In this document: positions 1-9,027 of the stretch, piece after piece | How positions within the stretch are numbered: position 1 is the first letter of the stretch | How the letters are laid out: every line of letters starts with the position of its first letter | From: a virus | Lineage: Duplodnaviria; Caudoviricetes | Reading direction: 5' to 3' (one strand) | IMG/VR virus record: IMGVR_UViG_2912765049_000001 | Coordinates: 1-64,000 of that record | DNA length: 64,000 nt | The notes under the pieces: model-generated | Told to the model about the DNA's origin: nothing | Database searches by the model: none | Seen by the model: only the letters and a program-made list of their open reading frames with translations | Program-made: the position numbers and the translations under genes

Positions 1-282
1 CGGGGTGCCGTGTGACGGTGAGTTCCAGCAGCTGCTGGTTGACCTCGCCGATGTCCAGCACGTGCCAGCCCCTCGAGCGGGCCGAGTGTGTCCAGGGCGT
101 CCTCGGCCGCCTGGACGTGGGGGCGCTCGAGCTTGGGCGGGGGCAGCTGCTTGGCCTCGGCCAGCCGGTCGATGAGGGAGCGGATCGTGTACTGCAGGGC
201 CGGGCGCCATTCGACGCTCTGGGCGTGTGCCTCGGCCGGCGCGGGCGCAGGCGGCGAGGGCCGCCTCGGGGGTGACAGTCAC
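1..282 (-). pseudogene. partial hypothetical CDS running off the window start, with two apparent +1 frameshifts (~237-240 and ~69-72)
   Basis: GTG at 282 overlaps the stop of the upstream ORF. The GC3-rich reading MTVTPEAALAACAR / AEAHAQSVEWRPALQYTIRSL...LE / GWHVLDIGEVNQQLLELTV needs two frame switches. Confidence 0.5.
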
Positions 283-1340
283 CTGCTCTGCTCCGCAGTT
301 ACGGCACTCGGGCCCTGGCCCTGCTGCTCACGCTGGCGACCGGACTCGGTGATTTCCATGCGCAGGCTGAGGTGGGCGCCTTGGATGATGCGGAGATAGC
401 CGGCCTTCTCCAGGGCGTAGAAGGTGGTCTCCCGAGCGGAGTAGCCATCCCGTCCCCCCAGGGACCAGATGCCCTTGCGCTCGCCACGGTGTGGGGTGAC
501 CGGCTGTTCCAGCTGGGCCAGGGCCCGCAGGGCGCGCTGCGCGGCCGGCGACTCGGGGTCGGTCGCGGCGCGCGGCTTCTTCTGCTGGGCGCTGGCGTCC
601 AGCTCGGCCAGCAGCTTCCGCCCGGCCTCTGTCATGCGGACGGGTGCTGAGTCGTTCCCCTCATCGGTCACGAGGTTGTTTCCGGTGAGCGGGTAGAAGG
701 TGCGGGCGTTGAAGGTGCTGTAGGTGTTCGGGTGCAGGTACCGGCCGCGGGCGGCGTGCCGGAAGAGGACGCCCTTCCCGGTGTCGTACTTGGCGATCTC
801 GCGAAGGAGGCGCTCGGAGGCGGCGGGCAGAGTGATTTCGGCGGCTTCCGCCGGTACGGCGGGGGCCGGGGTGGTCTCTGCCGGACGGGCCGCCGGGGCC
901 GCGTCGGGCTTCGTCTCCGACTCCATGTAGGGGTGCCAGTGGGCGCGCTGGCGGTACTTGAGGTTCGCGGCTACGGGCGTCGGCCAGTCGAAGTGCTCCC
1001 GCCGCCGGGGCGAGGTCGGGTGCTTGTCCCAGTCAGGAGCACCGGTGTCATCGGCGAGCAGGGCCTCGACGAGGCACTCGCTGCACACGCCGGTCGCGTA
1101 GCCCTCCTTGTCGTTCTCCTGATCGGGGTGCAAGTGCAGGTGACGCCACGACGCCTCCCTCAGCAGGCGGGGCCAGCTGACGGCGCGCGCGACGCGCTCG
1201 AGGATCGCCTCCGCGGCGGCCTCGACCTCTTCGTACTTCTCGGTGGGCATGCTGACGCACTCGGCCAGGAGCCCGTTCCAGCGCTGCGCCCCCAGAACAT
1301 CCTGGGCGAGCACCTTGATGACGGCCTTGCGGTTGGGCAT
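279..1340 (-). CDS. hypothetical protein, two C-terminal winged-helix-like repeats
   Basis: ATG 1340 with GAGGGA RBS; repeats end ...VRMTEAGRKLL and ...MEITESGRQRE, typical wing motifs. Confidence 0.65.
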   Translation of the reverse strand: MPNRKAVIKVLAQDVLGAQRWNGLLAECVSMPTEKYEEVEAAAEAILERVARAVSWPRLLREASWRHLHLHPDQENDKEGYATGVCSECLVEALLADDTGAPDWDKHPTSPRRREHFDWPTPVAANLKYRQRAHWHPYMESETKPDAAPAARPAETTPAPAVPAEAAEITLPAASERLLREIAKYDTGKGVLFRHAARGRYLHPNTYSTFNARTFYPLTGNNLVTDEGNDSAPVRMTEAGRKLLAELDASAQQKKPRAATDPESPAAQRALRALAQLEQPVTPHRGERKGIWSLGGRDGYSARETTFYALEKAGYLRIIQGAHLSLRMEITESGRQREQQGQGPSAVTAEQSR

Positions 1341-1414
1341 ACGACTTCCCTCGCGGCAGGGCTCCCGTCCCCGGCGAGCTGGGACGGGAGCAGGGTTGGG
1401 GTGGGTCACTCACC

Positions 1415-1450
1415 ACACTACTAAAACCCAATACGTAAGCAATAGGTTTC
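1415..1450 (-). promoter_or_regulatory. conserved promoter/operator cassette copy 1
   Basis: AAACCCAATACGTAAGCAA at 1424-1442; minus strand reads TTGCTT-N16-TAGTGT. Confidence 0.8.
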
Positions 1451-1503
1451 ATGGATTGGGTTGCAGGCGAGACTTCTGCAACTCCCGGGACAGGGAGGCG
1501 AGT

Positions 1504-2586
1504 TCAGGCGTCGTCGCCGTCGGCGGGCAGCATTCCGTCGGCCAGGGAGCAGCCGTCACACCCGGCGCCGAGCGCGGGCAGGGTGCCCGGCCCCTGGTGG
1601 GGGCGCGGTTTGCGCTTGGGCGGCCGGGTGAGCGCGTCGCGCACGGCCGTCTCCAGGGCGTCGAAGTCGGCGGTGTCGTCGTCCAGGACCACGCCCGGGC
1701 CGGGTGCGCCGGGCCGCCGGGCCTCCTCGATGACGGAGACGATGGTGGTCGACGGGTTGAAGGGGATGCCCCGGGAGTGCTCGACCTCGGCGTACAGGGC
1801 GGCCAGCCGGGGCCGGCGGGCGACGGCGAGGAGCAGGTCGCGGCGGTTGCTGAAGACGCAGGCCGAGCAGGAGCAGCGGGTGCTGCCTGCCCAGTCCCCG
1901 GCGCCGGGGGCCGAGTCGTAGGCCCAGTGGTGGGGCCAGCCCTCGGCGTCGGTCCACTCCTTGACGAAGGCGGTGGTGTCGCCGTGCGCGGGCAGCCACT
2001 CGTCGACGATCCGGTGGGAGTTGTCGGTGGTGCGCTGCAGCACGGGCCGCTTGCGGCGGTCCGGGCTCTCGTCCGCGCGCAGCCCGAGGACGTTGAGCAT
2101 CCTGGCCGGCCTGCCGTGCGCCTTCTTGAAGTCGCGGGCGGCCTGGCTGAACGCGCCGAAGATGAGCTTGGTCTTCCAGTCCCCGGTGCAGAACCGGGCG
2201 CGGCCGAGCCAGGGCCAGTCCCCTCGTTCGGCGATGAACGTGAGCAGGTCGTACGGGACAGCGTCACGGTGGCGGCGCAGCTCGAGGTGGCGCTCGGGCG
2301 GGACGCCGAGCAACCGGGAGTGTTCGGCGGCCAGTTCGCCGACGCTCGGGTAGCGCACGCCGTCGACCGTGCAGGCCGGCCACTCCATCGGGCCGAGCGA
2401 GGCGTGGACGGTCCAGATCCGGTCCTCGACACCGGCCTGCCGCGCGGCGTCCCTGGTGACCGCGGCGGCCCGCAGGCCGTCCTTGCCGCCGGAGAGGTTC
2501 ACGATGAGGAAGTCCTGCTGTGCCGCCAGCTCCACCGGGTCGATTCCGGTGGAGCTGGCGGCGAACAGGTCCAGCTGGGCCGTCAT
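1504..2586 (-). CDS. phosphoadenosine phosphosulfate (PAPS) reductase family protein
   Basis: PP-loop LSGGKDG, RFCTGDWK, LGLRADESPDR and RCSCSACVF motifs. Confidence 0.88.
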   Translation of the reverse strand: MTAQLDLFAASSTGIDPVELAAQQDFLIVNLSGGKDGLRAAAVTRDAARQAGVEDRIWTVHASLGPMEWPACTVDGVRYPSVGELAAEHSRLLGVPPERHLELRRHRDAVPYDLLTFIAERGDWPWLGRARFCTGDWKTKLIFGAFSQAARDFKKAHGRPARMLNVLGLRADESPDRRKRPVLQRTTDNSHRIVDEWLPAHGDTTAFVKEWTDAEGWPHHWAYDSAPGAGDWAGSTRCSCSACVFSNRRDLLLAVARRPRLAALYAEVEHSRGIPFNPSTTIVSVIEEARRPGAPGPGVVLDDDTADFDALETAVRDALTRPPKRKPRPHQGPGTLPALGAGCDGCSLADGMLPADGDDA

Positions 2587-2804
2587 GCCGCGTCCGGGTC
2601 GCCGAGGCGGATGTCCCAGTCGCCGCCGGGCAGGGGCCTCATCCAGCGGGCCAGGCATGCGCGGGCGAACTCGGCGTCCACCTCGCTGTCGCCCATCTCG
2701 CCCCAGAACTCGACGAGGTTGCCGGCCTGGGCGAGCAGGGCGCGGGCCACGAGCCTCTTCTTCTCGTTCACCCCGGGCGGCGGGGCGGGGGTCGGGGCGT
2801 TCAC
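2583..2804 (-). CDS. hypothetical protein
   Basis: 4-nt stop/start overlaps on both sides, GC3 bias. Confidence 0.6.
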   Translation of the reverse strand: MNAPTPAPPPGVNEKKRLVARALLAQAGNLVEFWGEMGDSEVDAEFARACLARWMRPLPGGDWDIRLGDPDAA

Positions 2805-3169
2805 TCGCTGTCCTCCCGGAGGCGGCGAAGGTCGAGGGCCCATCCGATCTGGCCGGTGGCGCGCCGGGTGCCCAGGTGGATCACGCCGGGCATGTAGGCG
2901 TCGCGCAGGGGCCGCCAGTTGTGGAGGCGGTGCGCGTGCAGGGCCGCGATCAGGTCGAGGGCGAAGGGGCTGTGCGGGGCCTCGGAGCGGTAGACGGCCG
3001 TCTCGTGGCCGGGCTGGCCGCTGGCGACCTGGGTGTAGAGGCGTACCTCCTCCTGCCCGGTGGCCACGCTGAGGAGCAGCAGGGCGGTGTCCAGAGGTGC
3101 GGCGTCGGCGGGGAACTCGGCGGCGAGCAGGGCCCGCAGCCGGTCGGTGGGGGTCAGGGCGGCGGTCAC
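2801..3169 (-). CDS. hypothetical protein
   Basis: coupled overlaps, GC3 bias. Confidence 0.65.
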   Translation of the reverse strand: MTAALTPTDRLRALLAAEFPADAAPLDTALLLLSVATGQEEVRLYTQVASGQPGHETAVYRSEAPHSPFALDLIAALHAHRLHNWRPLRDAYMPGVIHLGTRRATGQIGWALDLRRLREDSE

Positions 3170-3387
3170 CGGGCGGCCCGCCGCTCGACCATGTGCAGCA
3201 GCCAGTCGCGGCCGACGCGGGGGTCGTGGCCGCAGGTGCCGGCGACCTCGCCGTCCGGGCCGTTGGTGATGGAGAGGTACTTGCCCTGCTTGAGCTGGCC
3301 GACCGCGTAACGGATCCGGTCCTCCAGGCGCTCGCGGGCCATCCGTTCAGCGCCGGTCTCCAGCGCGCCGTCGGTGGTGGTCGTCAT
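3166..3387 (-). CDS. hypothetical protein, first gene under cassette copy 2
   Basis: ATG 3387, coupled to the next gene. Confidence 0.6.
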   Translation of the reverse strand: MTTTTDGALETGAERMARERLEDRIRYAVGQLKQGKYLSITNGPDGEVAGTCGHDPRVGRDWLLHMVERRAAR

Positions 3388-3427
3388 CTCCGGGCCCCTT
3401 CCGGGCGGGTGTGTCTGCGTCGTCCAC

Positions 3428-3465
3428 ACCGTATTTGAAACCCAATACGTAAGCAATAGCTTTCA
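3428..3465 (-). promoter_or_regulatory. conserved promoter/operator cassette copy 2
   Basis: core at 3438-3456; TTGCTT-N17-TACGGT. Confidence 0.8.
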
Positions 3466-3618
3466 AGGCGCTTTTGATCTTGACTCTCGGGGGCGATCAG
3501 AGCGTTCATGGAGGTGCCCGGGGAACACCGCGAAGCGCACGCGCCACGGGCACCGCAGCACCAGCTGCCCCCGGCCGGGGAGCTCCCGAATGCCCAACTC
3601 CGAAGAAACGAGGACGAC

Positions 3619-4203
3619 ATGACGACCACCCAGGCCCCGGCCGAGCTGACCACCGCGCAGGCCAAGGCGCTCGCCGCCCTGACCGAGCACCCCGGCGCCA
3701 CCGCCCGGGAGATCGCGGAGCACGCCGGGATCGGCGGCTCGACAGCGGGCAAGGCCCTCACCCACCTCGAGAGCCTGAACCTGGCCACCCGCGAGCACGG
3801 CGAGAACGTCGGCGGACGCGGCGGGCGGCGTACGGCGGACCGCTGGTACCCGGTCACGGCCGACGCCGAGCCCGAGGCACCTGCCGCCGACGAGCCGGAG
3901 ACCCCGGCCGAGGACGCGGCCGACACCGCGCCCGAGCCCGCCGAGGCCCCGGTCGCCGAGACCAAGACCGAGGCCGCCCCCAAGGCCAAGGCCCGCAACG
4001 GCAGCCGCCTGGGACGCGGCGACCTGCGGCAGATGGTCTACGAGTACCTCGAGGCCCACCCTGCCGACGAGATCGGCCCCTCGGGCCTGGCCAAGGCCCT
4101 CGGCCGCAGCGCCGGAGCGGTCGCCAACGCCCTGGCCAAGCTCGCCGACCACGGGCAGGCCGAACTGGTCAGCGACAGCCCGCGCCGCTACCGGCTGAAG
4201 TAG
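3619..4203 (+). CDS. DNA-binding protein with two winged-HTH (MarR-like) domains
   Basis: ATAREIAEHAGIGGSTAGKALTHLE and GPSGLAKALGRSAGAVANALAKL joined by an acidic Pro/Ala linker; GAGGA RBS. Confidence 0.8.
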   Translation: MTTTQAPAELTTAQAKALAALTEHPGATAREIAEHAGIGGSTAGKALTHLESLNLATREHGENVGGRGGRRTADRWYPVTADAEPEAPAADEPETPAEDAADTAPEPAEAPVAETKTEAAPKAKARNGSRLGRGDLRQMVYEYLEAHPADEIGPSGLAKALGRSAGAVANALAKLADHGQAELVSDSPRRYRLK

Positions 4204-4216
4204 CGCCCGCCGCCCG

Positions 4217-4246
4217 GGGCGCCCGCCGTACCAACGGCGGGCGCCC
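4217..4246 (+). terminator. GC-rich hairpin after the wHTH gene
   Basis: 13-bp perfect stem GGGCGCCCGCCGT-ACCA-ACGGCGGGCGCCC. Confidence 0.55.
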
Positions 4247-4272
4247 GGGCCCCCTACGACGAGGAGGTCCTC

Positions 4273-4470
4273 ATGGCCCGCATGCTCGCCAAGTCCACGC
4301 CCCGCCACGCGGGGCACGCGTGCCGCTACGCCGGACGCGGCTGCACCTGCTACTACTACGAGCCCGGCGCCCTGACCAACCCCCGCCAGCGCGCCAAGTT
4401 CCGGGGCTGGGAGCGGCGCCGTGCGCGCGCCGCCGAGAACCGGGCCTGGCGCGCGGCCCTGGCCAACTAG
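4273..4470 (+). CDS. small basic hypothetical protein
   Basis: GAGGAGG RBS, GC3 bias. Confidence 0.6.
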   Translation: MARMLAKSTPRHAGHACRYAGRGCTCYYYEPGALTNPRQRAKFRGWERRRARAAENRAWRAALAN

Positions 4471-4719
4471 CCATCCCGGCACGGCCGGTCACCCCCGGAG
4501 CGGGGCGGTGACCGGCCGTCGTCGCGTCCGTTGCACGCGCCGCGCCCGCGGGCGCCCTCACCGGCTCCGGGGCCGACGCGGGGCCGTCCCCGGCGCCCGT
4601 TCGAGGTCCTGGAGTGCCGGGTGGAGATGCGCCGGCCGCGTACGACGCCGTGCGGCCGGCCTGGTGTGGGGAGCAACGAGCCGGGGCCCGCGCGCCGTTG
4701 CGGCGGGCCCCGGCGGGTG

Positions 4720-5724
4720 TCACCGGGCCAGGACGAACACCTTCTCCCCGCCGATCAGCGGGGCGTCCTCGGGTCCGGCGATGTACGGGCTGATCCAGAT
4801 CGGCTTGTGCGTGCCGCGCGAGGGGTACCACTGGTCGCGCCAGTGGCCCTTGACGACCCAGCGGTGCTGGTACTCGCGGGTGCCGGGCCGCTCGGCCGGG
4901 TCGGCGCCCCGGTCGGTGCGGGCCCGGCGCAGCCGGATGAGGCGGACCTCGGTGCCGTAGTCGCGGTCGATGCGCTGGATCCGGCGGCGGGAGGCCCGGT
5001 CGGCGGCCACACGTTCGCTTGTCGCGAGGCTCTGGCCCATGAGCAGCCAGGTGGCCTGGATCAGCCGCAGGAGGGCGACGTCGCCTTCCGGGGTGTCGCT
5101 GAGGTCGGGAAGGCCCGGCTCGATCAGCGTGGTGCGCTGGTAGACGAAGCCGGTGGTCGGGTGGAGCGCGGCCATCTGCCCGGGCGCCACGTGCGCGAAC
5201 CTCGTCCGCAGCCACGCCTGGGTCTCGGCGAGGTCCGTGTCCGGCGGGTTCGTCTCCAGGTGGGCGTCGACCTGGTCGAGGTACTCGCGGGTGCCGCTCC
5301 AGTAGTCGATGGCCAGGTGGCCGAGCCAGGGCCCCCAAGTGACCAGGCGTACGGGCTGGTTGCCCGCCGCGGCGTAGCGCATCGGCGGGTCCTCGAAGGC
5401 GAGCATCCCGACCGGGGAGGGCAGGTCCTCCGGGCGCATCTCGAAGTCGGTGAGGCTCTGGGCGGCGTGGTGGGCGAGCGCCGTCATGTCGCTGGTGACG
5501 TAGTAGAGCTCGGCGGTGCGCAGTCCGGCGGCGGTGCGGGCGGCCAGGGCCTGGGTGGTGCTGACGCCGGGCGGCAGGAGGTCGTCGTACGCCGTGCGGG
5601 CGTCGGGCGTGCCCAGGCAGTACAGCCAGTTGGCCATGCCGTCGCGGCCGCGGTCGGCGGCCCAGGCGGCGAGGTCGGCGCGGACCTCGGGTATCTCTCG
5701 GGCGGTGGGAGTCGTGACGGCCAC
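4720..5724 (-). CDS. phage/plasmid-type hypothetical protein
   Basis: C-terminal HRWVVKGHWRDQWYPS...HKPIWISPYIAGP motif recurrent in actinophage proteins; AAGGGGG RBS before GTG. Confidence 0.75.
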   Translation of the reverse strand: MAVTTPTAREIPEVRADLAAWAADRGRDGMANWLYCLGTPDARTAYDDLLPPGVSTTQALAARTAAGLRTAELYYVTSDMTALAHHAAQSLTDFEMRPEDLPSPVGMLAFEDPPMRYAAAGNQPVRLVTWGPWLGHLAIDYWSGTREYLDQVDAHLETNPPDTDLAETQAWLRTRFAHVAPGQMAALHPTTGFVYQRTTLIEPGLPDLSDTPEGDVALLRLIQATWLLMGQSLATSERVAADRASRRRIQRIDRDYGTEVRLIRLRRARTDRGADPAERPGTREYQHRWVVKGHWRDQWYPSRGTHKPIWISPYIAGPEDAPLIGGEKVFVLAR

Positions 5725-5959
5725 GGCCGTCCCCCTTTTCAAGATCGGCAACATCGGGGTGCCGTGACATTCGCGTGGATTGCCCGAGGTCATCCAGCGA
5801 TATGTGTGATGTGGCGATCTGCCGTGGGAGAACTGGGCGCAGCCGTCCGGCCGGGCCGCCGCCGGTGCCCCGGCGTGCGAGACTCGTGCGGCCCGGCCGC
5901 GCCCGTCGTGTGAAGCCGATGCCGGCCGGGCCCCGTTCGTCCCGGCCGGCCCATGGGGG

Positions 5960-6505
5960 TCAGGCCGCCGATGCCCCGCAGTGCGCGGCGAAGGCGGCGA
6001 TCGCGGCGAAGTCGTCGTCGCGCAGCCCGCGGCGGGGGTCGACCCAGTGCAGCAGCGCCGGGGCCGGGTGGTGCGCGGCGACGTACGCGCGGTCGCGGTC
6101 CGAGACCTCGTCGTCGACCCAGACGAAAGGCCGCTCGCCCGCGTACGCCAGGAGCGCCGGGAGTTTCCAGTGCAGGCCGTCGGCGCGGTCGTTGAGCAGG
6201 TCCGGGCCGAAGTCGACGTAGGGCAGGTCGGGCAGGCCGAGCACGGGCGCGATGAAGTCGCGGGCCTCCGCCATCCAGGTCGTGCCCCAGACCAGGTCCA
6301 CGTCCAGGTCGAGCAGGGCGGGCCCGTGGTCGGGGTTGAGCCAGACCCGCAGCGGCTTGACGTACGCCCTCGGCTTGCCGGGGTACCGGGCGTACAGGCT
6401 GGGCGGCTTCATGCGGTGGGTGGTGTACCCGGCGGGCCGCTTCTCCGGCTTCGCCCGCCATGGGTTGAGCGGCCCGTCCACGTCTAAGAATCCCACCGGC
6501 TTCAC
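5960..6505 (-). CDS. HAD-superfamily domain protein (HAD_SAK_2-like)
   Basis: FLDVDGPLN, VWGTTW, WK and FVWVDD motifs; TTA codon at 6485-6487. Confidence 0.85.
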   Translation of the reverse strand: MKPVGFLDVDGPLNPWRAKPEKRPAGYTTHRMKPPSLYARYPGKPRAYVKPLRVWLNPDHGPALLDLDVDLVWGTTWMAEARDFIAPVLGLPDLPYVDFGPDLLNDRADGLHWKLPALLAYAGERPFVWVDDEVSDRDRAYVAAHHPAPALLHWVDPRRGLRDDDFAAIAAFAAHCGASAA

Positions 6506-6596
6506 GGCGCTCTCCTCCCCGTCTGGGCTGGTCAGGTCGCAGGACCATAGCGTCCCGATGGGCTGCCCGTCCTCTCCTTTGACGCCCTAATCGATC

Positions 6597-6624
6597 TTGA
6601 CTTTACAACGTGCCGTTGTATTGT
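6597..6624 (+). promoter_or_regulatory. promoter with palindromic operator TACAACG-N3-CGTTGTA (copy A)
   Basis: TTGACT-N16-TATTGT with palindrome at 6604-6620; same palindrome at 57759-57775. Confidence 0.65.
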
Positions 6625-6664
6625 TGTGGGCGTAGGGAAGACCTCACCCACCGAGGAGAAGACG

Positions 6665-6913
6665 ATGCAGACCGAGACCGCTCTCGACCGGGCCAAGGGC
6701 GAGATCCTTTGCCACTACGACGCCTTCTACGGCGAGGACTACGACCAGGCCACCGCCCTGATGGACGCGGTGGTCACCGCCGCCCAGAGCGGCAGCCAGG
6801 GCGCCCTGGGCTCCGCCCGGTCGGAGTTCCACCTGCACTACAGAGCCCTGTACGGCGACGACTACACCCACCTCACCGGGCTGCTCGACGACCTGGTCGC
6901 CGCCGCTGCCTGA
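6665..6913 (+). CDS. small protein with an internal duplication
   Basis: GAGGAG RBS; HYDAFYGEDYDQATALMDAVV / HYRALYGDDYTHLTGLLDDLV. Confidence 0.7.
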   Translation: MQTETALDRAKGEILCHYDAFYGEDYDQATALMDAVVTAAQSGSQGALGSARSEFHLHYRALYGDDYTHLTGLLDDLVAAAA

Positions 6914-6977
6914 CGGCACAGCGCCCCCGGAGCCCGCCCAGGGCCCGGGGGCCGCGGCGTTCCCGGCGCCGGGGCCG

Positions 6978-8006
6978 TCACGCGGTGCGGCGCCCGGCGA
7001 GCGCGGCCGGGCGGACGGTGCCGCGGCCGAAGCGCCGGTTGGCCTTGTCGACGGCCGTCTCGACGCGGCGGGCGTTCTCCTCGGTGGGGTCCAGGGAGAT
7101 CTGCTCGGCGACCTGGTCGGCGTCCAGGAGCTGCTCGGCGCGTACCGTCACGGCGCGCACCCGGGCCCGCTCGAGGTTGAGGCCGTTGAAGATCCGGTAT
7201 GCGCACTCGCGCAGGTCGGCGTCGTGCGCGGTGGCGGCCGGCAGCTTCCGGGAGCGGGAGAGCAGGGACCGGTCGGCGAGGCGCAGCTGGAGCTGCAGGG
7301 CGGTCGCGGCCTGGTCGCGTTCGCGCAGCCTCGCCCCGATGACGACGACCGCGTCGAGGATCGCGGTGCGGATGACGTCGCCGTCCAGGACGTCCCGGTC
7401 GAAGTGCCTGCTCTCGCCGGTGGAGCGGGGCAGCGCGGTCGGGGTGACGCGGCGGTGGTCCAGGCCCCGCGCACGCTGGTGCAGGAGGCGACCCTCCCGG
7501 CCGCCGAGGACGCGCTGGGTGGTGGCGACGGGCAGGGCGGCGAGCGTGCCGATGTAGTGGACGCCGAAGCTGCGCAGCGTCTCCGCCTGGCGCCGGCCGA
7601 TGCCGTAAAGGGCGTCGATGGGCAGCGGGTACAGGAAGTCGGCGACCGCGGCCGGGTCGTCGGCGACGAGCCGGATGCCGTTGCGGACGGGGTGGGCGGA
7701 GGCGGTCGCGGCCAGGGCCCAGTTCGCGGCCACGCCGACGTGGACGTCGACGCCGGTGAGGGCGAGGGTGCGCAGGCGGATGATCTCGGCGAGTTCGTAC
7801 GGGGTGCGCTGGTGCAGGCGCAGCACGCCGGCGACCTCGGCGAGGGCGGCGCCGGGCGGGATGACCTGGACGATCGGGGTGAGCGGCTCGAGGACGTCGA
7901 GCACGGCCCGGTACGCGGGCTCGGGGGTGCCGGGCGGGACGCGCAGGTGCAGCACGGTGGCCCGCCGGGCGGCGGCCTCGTAGCTGTGGGGCGCGTGCGT
8001 GCTCAC
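6978..8006 (-). CDS. Y-family DNA polymerase-like protein (ImuB/DinB-like, catalytic acidic residues not evident)
   Basis: HhH LPIDALYGIGRRQAETLRSFGV, little-finger region RSTGESRHFDRD, C-terminal DKANRRFGRGTVRPA. Confidence 0.85.
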   Translation of the reverse strand: MSTHAPHSYEAAARRATVLHLRVPPGTPEPAYRAVLDVLEPLTPIVQVIPPGAALAEVAGVLRLHQRTPYELAEIIRLRTLALTGVDVHVGVAANWALAATASAHPVRNGIRLVADDPAAVADFLYPLPIDALYGIGRRQAETLRSFGVHYIGTLAALPVATTQRVLGGREGRLLHQRARGLDHRRVTPTALPRSTGESRHFDRDVLDGDVIRTAILDAVVVIGARLRERDQAATALQLQLRLADRSLLSRSRKLPAATAHDADLRECAYRIFNGLNLERARVRAVTVRAEQLLDADQVAEQISLDPTEENARRVETAVDKANRRFGRGTVRPAALAGRRTA

Positions 8007-8018
8007 CTCTCCACCGTA

Positions 8019-8034
8019 TCGAAACTCTGTTCTA
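8019..8034. promoter_or_regulatory. putative LexA (SOS) box
   Basis: TCGAAA-CTCT-GTTCTA versus the actinobacterial consensus TCGAAC-N4-GTTCGA (2 mismatches), 13 bp upstream of the ImuB-like start. Confidence 0.65.
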
Positions 8035-8049
8035 TTCGCGCGGTGGCGT

Positions 8050-8901
8050 TCAGCTGGTGCGCTTGTTGCGCAGGTGCGGGCCCACATAGCCGACGACCAC
8101 CACGCCGGACGCCCCCTTGCCGGCCACGTCGTCCAGGAAGTGCACCCGGGGACAGACGTTCCCGCGGGGGGCGAGCTTGAGGTGGGCCTGCATCTCGGCC
8201 TCGGTCCCCTCGAGCGCCGGGAAGATCCGCTCCTGGCCGTAGGCCGCCATGGTCGCGGACGTCTCGGTCATGGCGACCTGGCTCACCGGGTAGACCCGGG
8301 CGCCGGTCGGAGGGTTCCTGCAGAACTGGTGGAAGCCTCCGGTGAAGCCGTCCTTGCGGTGCGCGGCGTACGACTCCAGCGCGGCCAGCCCGCTCCACGC
8401 CTTGGCCGCCCAGGTGCGGGCCTCGGCCTGCTCGTCGAGCGCCAGCGCGATCCGCCGGTCCGCCGTCACCCGCACGTGCACGAGGGTGCCGAGCCGCTCC
8501 CACAGGTCGGCGAACGACGTCGGTAGTCCGGCCGGCGCCTCGGCCGCGGCGGCCACCTCCTCGTAGCGGCCCTGGCGCAGCAGCGCCTCCCGCAGCGCGT
8601 CGCCCTCGGCGCGGGCCCGCTCGAGTTCGCCCAAGGTCCCCAGGTGGTCCTCCAGTTCGGCGTCCCGCTCAGCCTGTACGGCCTGCAGCTGCTCGGTCAG
8701 CGACGCGGTCTCCTCCTCGGCCCGGCGCAGGGACTGGTCCGCCACCTCGAGCAGCTCGGTCAGCACGGCCACCTCCGCCTGCAGGTCGTCGCTCGCACCG
8801 GCGGGCGGCGCCGGGACCGACCGCAGCGCGGGCCGGCCGACGGGACGCGGGACAGGGCGAACGAGCCGGTGTGCAGGGCTGGTTGAGGAACCACTCATCA
8901 A
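8050..8901 (-). CDS. coiled-coil protein with a C-terminal possible RelE-like domain
   Basis: heptad Glu/Ala/Leu region followed by HLKL...PRVHF...VVVGYVGPHL. Confidence 0.65.
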   Translation of the reverse strand: MMSGSSTSPAHRLVRPVPRPVGRPALRSVPAPPAGASDDLQAEVAVLTELLEVADQSLRRAEEETASLTEQLQAVQAERDAELEDHLGTLGELERARAEGDALREALLRQGRYEEVAAAAEAPAGLPTSFADLWERLGTLVHVRVTADRRIALALDEQAEARTWAAKAWSGLAALESYAAHRKDGFTGGFHQFCRNPPTGARVYPVSQVAMTETSATMAAYGQERIFPALEGTEAEMQAHLKLAPRGNVCPRVHFLDDVAGKGASGVVVVGYVGPHLRNKRTS

Positions 8902-9027
8902 TGCCTCCAGTACAGGTCAGCGCGGCGAGCGCCGAGCGGGAGCGGGGACCGCGGCGAGGGCCTGCGGCCGGGCCTGGCATGGCTGTGGGCCGCCCCACAG
9001 CGGGGCGGCCCACAGGTCACAAGCCGG

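Noticed and set aside
1504-2586. dndC phosphorothioation gene or cysH sulfate assimilation gene
   Set aside because: No dndB/D/E, ssp or cys neighbours; it sits among phage-like small ORFs.
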